Positions 50,947 to 59,083 of a DNA stretch of 59,083 nt are shown here, in pieces. Each line of letters starts with the position of its first letter. Positions within the stretch are counted from its first letter, which is position 1. Where the stretch lies: assembly GCA_947601445.1 (NCBI GenBank), contig CANQGD010000005.1:1-59083 (forward strand), given 5' to 3'. This DNA comes from an uncultured Clostridia bacterium. GTDB lineage: Bacteria > Bacillota > Clostridia > Christensenellales > CAG-314. The translations under genes and the position numbers were made by a program. Under the pieces are notes generated by a model. It ran no database searches and was not told where the DNA came from. It saw only the letters and a list, made by a program, of their open reading frames with translations.

Positions 50947-52038
50947 TTACACATTAAATCTGAACAAGACTACGTCTCCGTCTTTCATTACATAGTCCTT
51001 ACCTTCGCTGCGCACTTTGCCGTGTTCCTTCGCTTGGTTGTAACCGCCCATCTCCAACATTGTCTCATAGGGGACGATCTCCGCACGAATAAAGCCCTTT
51101 TCAAAGTCGGAGTGTATTTTCCCGGCAGCTTGCGGCGCTTTGGTACCTTCGGTTATCGTCCAAGCGCGGGTTTCTTTTTCACCCGCGGTGAGATAACTTA
51201 CAAGGTGCAACAGTTTGTAGCACTTTTTTACCAGGCGATTCAAACCGCTTTCCGCAATACCGTAGCTTTCAAGAAACATTTGCCGCTCTTCATTATCCAA
51301 CTTGGAAAGTTCTTCTTCCACCTTGGCGCATATAACAAGCGTTTCGGCATGTTCCTTTTCCGCCTGTTGCTCCACCGCCTTTACAAGCGGATTGTCGTCG
51401 TTTCCGATGTCGTCTTCCGATATATTGGCGGCATATATGACGGGTTTGCTTGTCAGCAAGAACATTTCTTCCACGGCTTGACGTTCTTCTTCATCGAAAC
51501 TCATCGTGCGTACGGGCTGTTCGCTTTCCAAATGAGACAAAATGCGTTGCAAAAGCTCCGCCTCCGTCTTGTATTTTTTGTCGCCCGTTTTTTGCATGGA
51601 GACAGCTTTGTTAAGCCGCGCCGTTACCGTTTCGATGTCGGCTAAAATAAGTTCGAGATTGATTGTTTGAATGTCTTGAACGGGATCGACCTTGTTGTCC
51701 ACATGCGTCACATTGCTGTCGATAAAACATCTGACGACATGGACTATCGCGTCCACCTCGCGTATGTGCGAAAGGAATTTGTTTCCCAAACCCTCGCCCT
51801 TAGACGCGCCTTTGACAAGTCCCGCAATATCCACAAATCGAAGATAGGTGGGTGTGATTTTTTTACTGTTGTACAACGCCGCCAATTTATCCAACCGTTC
51901 GTCAGGCACAGCCACCACGCCCACATTGGGTTCTATCGTGCAAAACGGGTAGTTGGCAATTTCCGCGCCCGCCTGCGTAATGGCATTGAAAAGAGTGCTT
52001 TTGCCCACATTGGGAAGTCCGACAACTCCAAGTTTCAT
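50947..52038 (-). CDS. ychF: Redox-regulated ATPase YchF
   Basis: [32 protein letters not shown] and IHSDF motifs. Confidence 0.97.
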   Translation of the reverse strand: MKLGVVGLPNVGKSTLFNAITQAGAEIANYPFCTIEPNVGVVAVPDERLDKLAALYNSKKITPTYLRFVDIAGLVKGASKGEGLGNKFLSHIREVDAIVHVVRCFIDSNVTHVDNKVDPVQDIQTINLELILADIETVTARLNKAVSMQKTGDKKYKTEAELLQRILSHLESEQPVRTMSFDEEERQAVEEMFLLTSKPVIYAANISEDDIGNDDNPLVKAVEQQAEKEHAETLVICAKVEEELSKLDNEERQMFLESYGIAESGLNRLVKKCYKLLHLVSYLTAGEKETRAWTITEGTKAPQAAGKIHSDFEKGFIRAEIVPYETMLEMGGYNQAKEHGKVRSEGKDYVMKDGDVVLFRFNV

Positions 52039-52169
52039 ATAATCCTCGGTCTAAAACATACAAAAATTGCGTAAAATTGTATTGCGCAATCCTTACCAAA
52101 AATAAAATTAGGTAAGATAAATTATATTTTAGCATATTATTTGCCAAAAGTAAATAGAAAAGGACGTAT

Positions 52170-52928
52170 ATGACAGTTTTGCAAAGTATATTTTTGGGAT
52201 TGTTGCAGGGGTTTACGGAATTTTTGCCCGTGTCAAGCAGCGGCCATTTGATGCTCGCGGAAAAGCTGTTTGACATAGAAGCGGGATTGTTTTTCGACGT
52301 AATGCTGCATCTCGGAACGCTGCTTGCGGTGCTTATCGCAATGCGGCATACCTTGCTGCAAACATTGCGTCATCCGCTTGCGGACAAAAAATTGCTTTAT
52401 CTGACCGTTGCAAGCATTCCCACATTTCTGTTGGCGCTTATCGTCAAGCTGTTTGTGCCGGAAAACATCATGCAAATTGCGCTGCCCATAGGATTTGCTC
52501 TGACTATCGTGCTGATAGTTTTGTCCGACAAACTTGCTCGACCGCGTTTCAGACTTCAACAAGCAAGCGGCATTTGCATTGTAATTACCGGTCTGACTCA
52601 GGGGATTGCGGTGTTTCCCGGATTATCTCGCAGCGGAAGCACCATTTCCGTGATGAAATTGTTCGGAATGAACGGCAGCGACGCGGCAGAATTCAGTTTT
52701 TTGCTGTCAATACCCGTGATAGTGGCAAGCGCCGCGGTCGAAGGGTGGGAGGCTGTGCAGACCGCAATAGCCACTCCGTGGTACTGCATAGTTATAGGAA
52801 TTGTAGCGGCGTTTTTGTCGGGATTTGTTTCGATATATATGGTTATGCGCGCAATAAAGACCAAAAGTTGGATTTGGTTTGCCGTATATCTGCTTGTGCC
52901 GTTTACAATCTCTCTGATAGTACTGTGA
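52170..52928 (+). CDS. uppP: Undecaprenyl-diphosphatase
   Basis: QGFTEFLPVSSSGH, PGLSRSG and EFSFLL motifs. Confidence 0.95.
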   Translation: MTVLQSIFLGLLQGFTEFLPVSSSGHLMLAEKLFDIEAGLFFDVMLHLGTLLAVLIAMRHTLLQTLRHPLADKKLLYLTVASIPTFLLALIVKLFVPENIMQIALPIGFALTIVLIVLSDKLARPRFRLQQASGICIVITGLTQGIAVFPGLSRSGSTISVMKLFGMNGSDAAEFSFLLSIPVIVASAAVEGWEAVQTAIATPWYCIVIGIVAAFLSGFVSIYMVMRAIKTKSWIWFAVYLLVPFTISLIVL

Positions 52929-53286
52929 CTTGAAGTTTTTTACCCGTATGTTGCAAAACTTTTGTCAAAGACATTTTTGCAATATTGAAAAGACGTCGGA
53001 TTGTTTTGAATTGTCCGTAAAAATACCGTTTAGTCAATCTCCGTAGACCGAAGCGGATATTTTGGAGCGAATGTTTCCGCGTACCACCCGATAAATTGTT
53101 TGCCGTTTGCAAATTTAGAGGATAGACACTTCAACCGTAAAGCCAACGGCAATACCGTCGGACATACTTTACTGTCGGATAGCGACGTCTGCTCCCTAAA
53201 ATGTCGTACACAAATACGAGAATAATGTTTTTTGATTTCTAACATTTGCAAAATATAGAAAATACTTCTTTCAATAAAATACGTAC

Positions 53287-53325
53287 AAAAAGATCGGCGG
53301 TAAACAACCTCAACGCCGATCTTTT
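53287..53325. terminator. Bidirectional terminator
   Basis: AAAAGATCGGCG/CGCCGATCTTTT. Confidence 0.7.
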
Positions 53326-53432
53326 CAAATTTACAATAAATAAAAAACAATATACTTCAAAAATGACCCGCAACGCGACGAGTGCAAATATGCGTGCGGT
53401 GCGTTTTACTTAGCGGTTTTCTGTTTTCAAAA

Positions 53433-54317
53433 TCACTGTTCTGCGGAAAGAGGAACAGGGCGCGAATCGGCTATGAAAATAACGCCGATCGTACCGGGTC
53501 CGCAGTGAGACCCTATTACCGGTCCGACAGTCTGCCGCACAATTTTCGCCTCGGGACGTGCTTCCTTAATCATGGCTGCAAATGCGTCTCCTTCTTCCGG
53601 ACAGTCGGCGTCCAAAACATAAACGTTGAATTCCGTCCCCGTCAATTCGGCAATTACGTGATCCGCCATTTTGCGAAGAGCCTTTTTCTTGCCCGTTATC
53701 TTTTCAAATACTTTCAAACTGCCCTTTTCATCAACAGTCAACATCGGTTTGAGACTCAACAAAGTCCCCGCAAATGCCGCAATACCGGACAGTCTGCCGC
53801 CCCTTTTGAGATGCATAAGGTCGTCAACTACAAAATAAACCGCAACGCGATCGCGGAATGAAGTTAGTTTTTCTATAATTTCGTCGTCCGACGCTCCGCT
53901 GTTTTTAAGTTCGGCGGCATACTCCATCTGTATACCCGCTCCGAGACAAATGGATTTGGTGTCGAAAACCGTGCACTTGCGATCGGGATACTTTTGTTGC
54001 AGTTGCTCCAACGCGGTGTTGAGATGATCGAAAGTACCGCTCATGGCGTGAGAAAAACTTACATACAGCACGTCCTCACCCTTTTCAAAATAGGGTTCGA
54101 GAATTTGAACGTATTCCTCGGGGTTTAACGCCATTGTTTTGGGAATCTCTCCGCCTCTGACAGCGTCGTAAAAAGCACGGAAATCCGTGTTTTTGCCCAA
54201 ATCGTAATAGTAAACATTGCCGCCGTAACTATATGGCATGGCTATCGAATACAGTCCGAGTTCTTCCGCACGAGTATACCACAATTCTCCGTCGGCATCG
54301 CATATTAAAACACTCAT
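53433..54317 (-). CDS. DegV family (fatty-acid-binding FakB-like) protein
   Basis: SHAMSGT, LKRGGRL and IGSHCGPG motifs. Confidence 0.92.
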   Translation of the reverse strand: MSVLICDADGELWYTRAEELGLYSIAMPYSYGGNVYYYDLGKNTDFRAFYDAVRGGEIPKTMALNPEEYVQILEPYFEKGEDVLYVSFSHAMSGTFDHLNTALEQLQQKYPDRKCTVFDTKSICLGAGIQMEYAAELKNSGASDDEIIEKLTSFRDRVAVYFVVDDLMHLKRGGRLSGIAAFAGTLLSLKPMLTVDEKGSLKVFEKITGKKKALRKMADHVIAELTGTEFNVYVLDADCPEEGDAFAAMIKEARPEAKIVRQTVGPVIGSHCGPGTIGVIFIADSRPVPLSAEQ

Positions 54318-54411
54318 TTTAGTTTCCTCCGTTTTCTCGGCATTTTATTTTTACGTGTTGTTTATAGAGAACAACGCTTCGTTTGTTGCAATTTAATGTT
54401 GCAACGGAATA

Positions 54412-55005
54412 TTATTGTTTTTTATCCGTCAAATGTTCGTCACAAACATTTGCCATCACGCTTGTATCCTCTGTACAGCCTTCAAGCTGCTTTACTTGAC
54501 TTTCCTCCGTCGCGGCAGCGCTTTCTTTTCTTGCAAGCGAATTGGTATCTACTTTCCCGCGGAATACGACAAATTGCTGCCACAAAAATTCCAACACGAA
54601 ATTGATTATCATGCAAGTGCCCAAACCGATTATATAACCCCAATCTCCGATAGCGGAAAGCCCTTGCTCCACCATTGCCACATACCAAATTTGAAACGGA
54701 TAAAAGGGTATGTAAAACACAAACGCCAACAACATTGCAATGGGCACATTGTTCGCCGCCTTAAACGTAAACTTGCGATTGAATGTGAAATTCCATATAA
54801 CAGACAGCGCCAACCCCACCGTATCGGCGATAAAGGTGCTTGTGGGTTGCTCGATAATAAACTTCATGGTGGCGTTTGGGTCCATCACGCGGTCGAGGAT
54901 TACCAATTTGAGCAACAGCGAACTTACAGCCTGTATCACTCCCGCCGAAATGGAAAACAGCGTAAACTTTACCGCACGCCAAATTTCTTTTTTGTTGATT
55001 TTCAT
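54412..55005 (-). CDS. GtrA family membrane protein
   Basis: KFTLFS, WNFTFNRKFTF and NFVLEFLWQQFVVF motifs. Confidence 0.85.
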   Translation of the reverse strand: MKINKKEIWRAVKFTLFSISAGVIQAVSSLLLKLVILDRVMDPNATMKFIIEQPTSTFIADTVGLALSVIWNFTFNRKFTFKAANNVPIAMLLAFVFYIPFYPFQIWYVAMVEQGLSAIGDWGYIIGLGTCMIINFVLEFLWQQFVVFRGKVDTNSLARKESAAATEESQVKQLEGCTEDTSVMANVCDEHLTDKKQ

Positions 55006-55109
55006 TCTTATACCTCGGTGTGCCTGCTCTTATGTTAAAACCGCTTACACTCGCCAAATGTTTGCAAAAACTCGGCAAACGGCAAACGAAATAAGCGCAA
55101 GCAAAGCGT

Positions 55110-56543
55110 TCAATTCAAATTGGCAATCGATTGTTCGAGACGGCGCAACGTTTCCTCTTTGCCGAGCAATTCGGCAATTTCGCTGGCACCGCCGGGAGTG
55201 GCGGCAAGTCCGGTCAGCGCAATACGGGCAGGCCAAAGCACTTTTCCGTTTTTTATGCCCTTTTCTTGCGCCAATTCGACAAGCGCGGCATACAGATGCT
55301 CATTATCCCACTGCTCTACGTTCTTGAATTTTTCTTTTACGGACGGCAAAATTTCCTTTGCGACGTCCGCATTTGTTTTTTGTTTTTGATTGTCGTACAA
55401 ACTGTTGTCAAACGCACCGAAATCTGCCAAAAAACGCAATTTTTCCTCTATTTCCGCAAAAGTTTCAATGCGGCTTTGTATCAGCTTGCACACAAGCGTT
55501 TTGTCGAAATTTTTCAGATAACATCCGTTTAACCAAGGCGTGGCGTACTCCGCAAACGCCTCGGGAGTCATTTCTTTGATGTAGAGGGAGTTTAGCCAAG
55601 CAAGTTTCAACGGATCGAAAATGGACGGACTTTTGTTTATTCCCGAAATGTCGAATTTTGCGAGTAACTCGTCGAAACTCATTTTTTCGGTATCGTCCTT
55701 GGGAGACCATCCGAGAAGCGCAATGTAGTTAATTATAGCTTCCTTCAAAAATCCTTTTGCAATAAGGTCCTCGTAGCTTGCGTCGCCGTTGCGTTTGGAC
55801 AATTTGTGCTGTGCGTCTTTCATTATAGGGGGCATGTGTATATACATAGGACGCTCCCAACCGAATGCGTCATATAAAAGATTATATTTGGGCGTACTGC
55901 TCAAATATTCGATACCGCGCATTACGCAGTTGATACCCATCAAGTGATCGTCGATGACGTTGGCAAAATTGTATGTCGGCATACCGTCGGACTTGATCAG
56001 AATTTGATCTTCGAGTTCGCTGTTTTCAATGGTAATATCCCCATATACGGCGTCGTGATAGGTTGTGCTGCCCGAAGTAGGCATATTTTGACGAATTACA
56101 AATTTGTCCCCGCGTTCAAGACGCATTGCCACTTCCTCCTTGGAGAGGTGCAAGCAATGTTTGTCATAACGGCGAGCGCCGTTTACGGCAGGTAAACTTT
56201 CCAATCTTTCTTCACTGCAAAAACAATAGTATGCGTGACCGCTTTCCACTAACTGTTCGGCATATTTCATATATTCGTTTGTGCGCTGACTTTGTATATA
56301 AGGACCGTAATCGCCACCCACGTCGGGTCCCTCGTCATAGTTTAGTCCCGTTTCGTGCAACGTGCGGTAAATAATGTCAACCGCGCCTTCCACGTATCTG
56401 CCTTGATCGGTATCCTCTATGCGCAAAATAAACTTTCCGTTGTTTTTCTTGGCATAAAGATAAGAATATAGCGCGGTGCGCAATCCACCGATATGCAAGT
56501 ATCCCGTAGGGCTGGGAGCAAATCTCGTACGTAACTGTGTCAT
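55110..56543 (-). CDS. gltX: Glutamate--tRNA ligase
   Basis: RFAPSPTG, HIGG, RIEDTD and KLSKR motifs. Confidence 0.97.
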   Translation of the reverse strand: MTQLRTRFAPSPTGYLHIGGLRTALYSYLYAKKNNGKFILRIEDTDQGRYVEGAVDIIYRTLHETGLNYDEGPDVGGDYGPYIQSQRTNEYMKYAEQLVESGHAYYCFCSEERLESLPAVNGARRYDKHCLHLSKEEVAMRLERGDKFVIRQNMPTSGSTTYHDAVYGDITIENSELEDQILIKSDGMPTYNFANVIDDHLMGINCVMRGIEYLSSTPKYNLLYDAFGWERPMYIHMPPIMKDAQHKLSKRNGDASYEDLIAKGFLKEAIINYIALLGWSPKDDTEKMSFDELLAKFDISGINKSPSIFDPLKLAWLNSLYIKEMTPEAFAEYATPWLNGCYLKNFDKTLVCKLIQSRIETFAEIEEKLRFLADFGAFDNSLYDNQKQKTNADVAKEILPSVKEKFKNVEQWDNEHLYAALVELAQEKGIKNGKVLWPARIALTGLAATPGGASEIAELLGKEETLRRLEQSIANLN

Positions 56544-56556
56544 ATAAACCTCGTTA

Positions 56557-57264
56557 TCAATTTAAATTTTTGTACTTGTTTTGTATTGTTTCGATGTCTC
56601 CGTTGAGGAAAAAGCTGTAATAATCGTTGGCGCTATTGAAAATTATGTGTTCCAACAATACCAAATTTATGCTTGCAAGCGCGTGATACAGCTTTTCGGT
56701 GAAATGTATATCGGCTGCGCTGGGACGGCATGTTCCCGTTACATGACAGTGAAACAGAATTACTCCCGCCGCACCCGTACGCATTGCCGAAGCCAATATT
56801 TGTTTTGTGTCTATATTGACAGCATCCGTGCTGTCGGAAACGAATACGTCGCGGTAAATATATCTTGTCGCGCTGTCCACATACACGGCAATCAGGCGTT
56901 CGGTGTAACTTTCGGAAATCAATCCCTGAGCATACTGCACTATCGAGCCGAATCCGCTCAGTGAAATTCGATTCAAATCGCTCTGGCGGTATCTGCGCCA
57001 TACTTCTTTGAGCATAGCAAGATTGCATGCGGTAACTTCACTTACTCCGTCTACGGTCATAAGTTGCTCGGGAGAAGCGTTCAATACTCCTGCAAAAGTC
57101 CCGAATTTATCCAGCAATTTGTGCGCAAGTTTATTGGTATCCTTGCGAGGCAGATATTGAAAGAGCAGCAATTCCAGAACTTCATGATCCTGAAAAGACG
57201 ACAAGCCCTCTCGTATCATTCGTTCGCGGAGCCGCGCGCGATGTCCGTCGTTTTCGTGAGCCAT
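56557..57264 (-). CDS. radC: RadC/JAB domain protein
   Basis: GHRARLRER, ELLL, HhH region and HxH...PSxxD motif. Confidence 0.88.
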   Translation of the reverse strand: MAHENDGHRARLRERMIREGLSSFQDHEVLELLLFQYLPRKDTNKLAHKLLDKFGTFAGVLNASPEQLMTVDGVSEVTACNLAMLKEVWRRYRQSDLNRISLSGFGSIVQYAQGLISESYTERLIAVYVDSATRYIYRDVFVSDSTDAVNIDTKQILASAMRTGAAGVILFHCHVTGTCRPSAADIHFTEKLYHALASINLVLLEHIIFNSANDYYSFFLNGDIETIQNKYKNLN

Positions 57265-57545
57265 AGTTTTTCCTTAAATTTTTTGATTTTTAACAAATTT
57301 TTTGTGAGCGTCGCTTATATGATAGCACATTATCTCGAATTTGTGTATAATATAAGCACAAAAAGGCGTACCGATCTAAATCGGCAGACAGCTTTGTCGG
57401 CGGAACTATTTGTCCGATTGCGAATTTTTCTACAAAACACGTTGTGCATTCGTAAATCGCGCAGACGCGACAAAAAATCAGCTTCTCGCGACGACCGGCG
57501 CTTTGCCGAAAATCGGCGCCATAACTATAAAATTTCGGAGTTAAT

Positions 57546-58874
57546 ATGGGAAAAGCAAAAAAATTACTAAACGATCGATTTGACGAAATGGTGAGTACAT
57601 TACAGCAAGTATTGCGTTTCAACACCGAAAAAACCGCGGCGCTGCCGGGCGCTCCTTTTGGAGAAAACATAAAGAACTGCTTGAATTTTACACTCGGATT
57701 GGCGGCGTCTTTCGGATTGGACGTGTACGATTGCGACGGATATGCCGGACATGCGGATTTGAAGGGAAAAGGCAACGAGGTGCTGGGCATACTCGGACAC
57801 CTTGACGTCGTTCCCGCAAACAAAGACGACGGGTGGATTTGTGCCCCATACGACGCGGAAATCCGCGACGGCAAACTATATGCAAGAGGGGCAATGGACG
57901 ACAAAGGCCCCATGATAGCATGTCTGTTTGCGGTAAAAGCGCTGAAAGATGCGGGAATAACGCCCGACAAAACCGTACGGCTTATCTTCGGTTGCGATGA
58001 AGAAAGCGGAATGCAATGCGTAGAGCATTACTTTACAAAAATGCCCTTCCCAACGGTTTCATTTTCTCCCGACGGAGATTTTCCCGTAATCAACAGAGAA
58101 AAAGGCATTTATCAATTTGACTTGGCGTGCGGCAAATTGCCCGAAGGGGTTACGATTTTTGCGGGAGACCGCGCCAACGTCGTACCGTCAAAATGCGTTG
58201 CGACTTCACGTAAGGAACTGCCGGAAATGACGTGTTTCCAAACACAAACAGACGAGGGATACACTTACACAAGCACGGGAAAAGCGGCGCACGGCAGCAC
58301 TCCGAACGAAGGCATAAACGCCACACATCGCTTGCTTACCGCGCTTGCAAAAGCATATCCGAACAATTTGACGCTTGATTTTTTGGTAAACAAAACAATC
58401 GACACAAGCGGCAAACGTTGGGGAATTGCGCTGCATGACAACGAAAGCGGCGATCTTACGTGCAATTTGGGTGTACTTCGTACTTCTTCCGACGGATTTT
58501 TGACTGCCACATTCGATATTCGTTTCCCCGTCAGCTACAACTGCAAATATATGTACGAATCGATCCGTTCCAACACCCCGGACGAATTTGCGATAATCGA
58601 ACAGCACATTAGCGAACCGCTTCACGTGCCGTCCGACAGTAAACTCGTTACCACATTGATGGACGTATACAACAAACGTATGAACGTACATTTACAGCCG
58701 CTGGCAATAGGCGGGGGAACTTACAGTCGGTGTCTGCCCAATTGCGTGGCATTCGGACCTTTATTCCCGGGAGAAGAACAAACGATACACATGCCCAACG
58801 AATGTATTTCGCTTGAAAATTTACGCATCATGGCGGAATTGTACCTCGAAGCCATTTACCGTTTGTCCAAATAA
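57546..58874 (+). CDS. pepV: M20A dipeptidase (PepV/Sapep family)
   Basis: GHLDVVP, RGAMDDKGP, DEESG, EKG, AHGS, GGGTY and HMPNE motifs. Confidence 0.9.
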   Translation: MGKAKKLLNDRFDEMVSTLQQVLRFNTEKTAALPGAPFGENIKNCLNFTLGLAASFGLDVYDCDGYAGHADLKGKGNEVLGILGHLDVVPANKDDGWICAPYDAEIRDGKLYARGAMDDKGPMIACLFAVKALKDAGITPDKTVRLIFGCDEESGMQCVEHYFTKMPFPTVSFSPDGDFPVINREKGIYQFDLACGKLPEGVTIFAGDRANVVPSKCVATSRKELPEMTCFQTQTDEGYTYTSTGKAAHGSTPNEGINATHRLLTALAKAYPNNLTLDFLVNKTIDTSGKRWGIALHDNESGDLTCNLGVLRTSSDGFLTATFDIRFPVSYNCKYMYESIRSNTPDEFAIIEQHISEPLHVPSDSKLVTTLMDVYNKRMNVHLQPLAIGGGTYSRCLPNCVAFGPLFPGEEQTIHMPNECISLENLRIMAELYLEAIYRLSK

Positions 58875-59083
58875 GCCCGAACACAAAAAACAGCGCCTTG
58901 GAGCCAATGGGTTTATGCCGCGCGCAGACATATTCCGAATTGACGGATTGGTCAAAATCGCGGTAAACCATTCGAGCAACTGACGTAGACTTGTCCTAAT
59001 CTCTCTACACTTTTCTCCTGTACTTGGGTGCAAACACTATATGGTACTTGCAATTCCACGTCGTATGTGCTAATTATCCTTGG

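Noticed and set aside
56557-57264. JAB protein as part of a CBASS/ubiquitin-like defence system
   Set aside because: It is a full-length chromosomal RadC next to gltX, with no E1/E2 or cyclase genes.
59030-59050. NrdR-box-like AAACACTATATGGTAC at the right edge
   Set aside because: A single imperfect copy, and the downstream gene is outside the window.
1-59083. CRISPR arrays, rRNA/tRNA genes, IS elements, prophage or reverse-transcriptase systems
   Set aside because: By eye, I found no regularly spaced direct repeats, cloverleafs, or transposase/integrase/RT motifs; dedicated tools were not run.

Overview
A 59-kb chromosomal window, most likely from an endospore-forming gut Clostridia (Bacillota); the taxonomy is inferred from the gerA-type receptor operon, a Spo0A C-terminal-domain protein, BspA-type LRR lipoproteins and sigmaA-like promoters. 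It holds about 45 CDS, mostly on the minus strand: housekeeping genes (trpS, leuS, asnS, gltX, tsaD, rlmH, rlmL-like, ychF, uppP, lepB, pgm, cysK, radC), transporters, peptidases and a germinant receptor operon. I saw no rRNA, tRNA, CRISPR array, transposase or prophage genes. The most interesting signals are: (1) a NrdR-regulated class III ribonucleotide reductase (NrdD2-type) with a fused CxxC redoxin domain, directly followed by a thioredoxin reductase lacking its NADPH-binding motifs and lying near a ferredoxin gene, which suggests a ferredoxin-fed RNR electron chain; (2) four unannotated structured RNAs bounded by promoters and terminators (6938-7099 leader, 22765-22875 anti-SD sRNA, 35997-36122 ECF leader, 4587-4680); (3) an internally deleted LRR-lipoprotein remnant; (4) an uncharacterised module of DUF5685, an HPD-less J-domain 'cysteine-string' protein and a membrane protein; (5) a RimK ligase paired with an M18 acidic aminopeptidase; (6) apparent pseudoenzymes, and leaderless architecture at translation-modifier genes. 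All family calls come from recognising motifs by eye, not from database searches.
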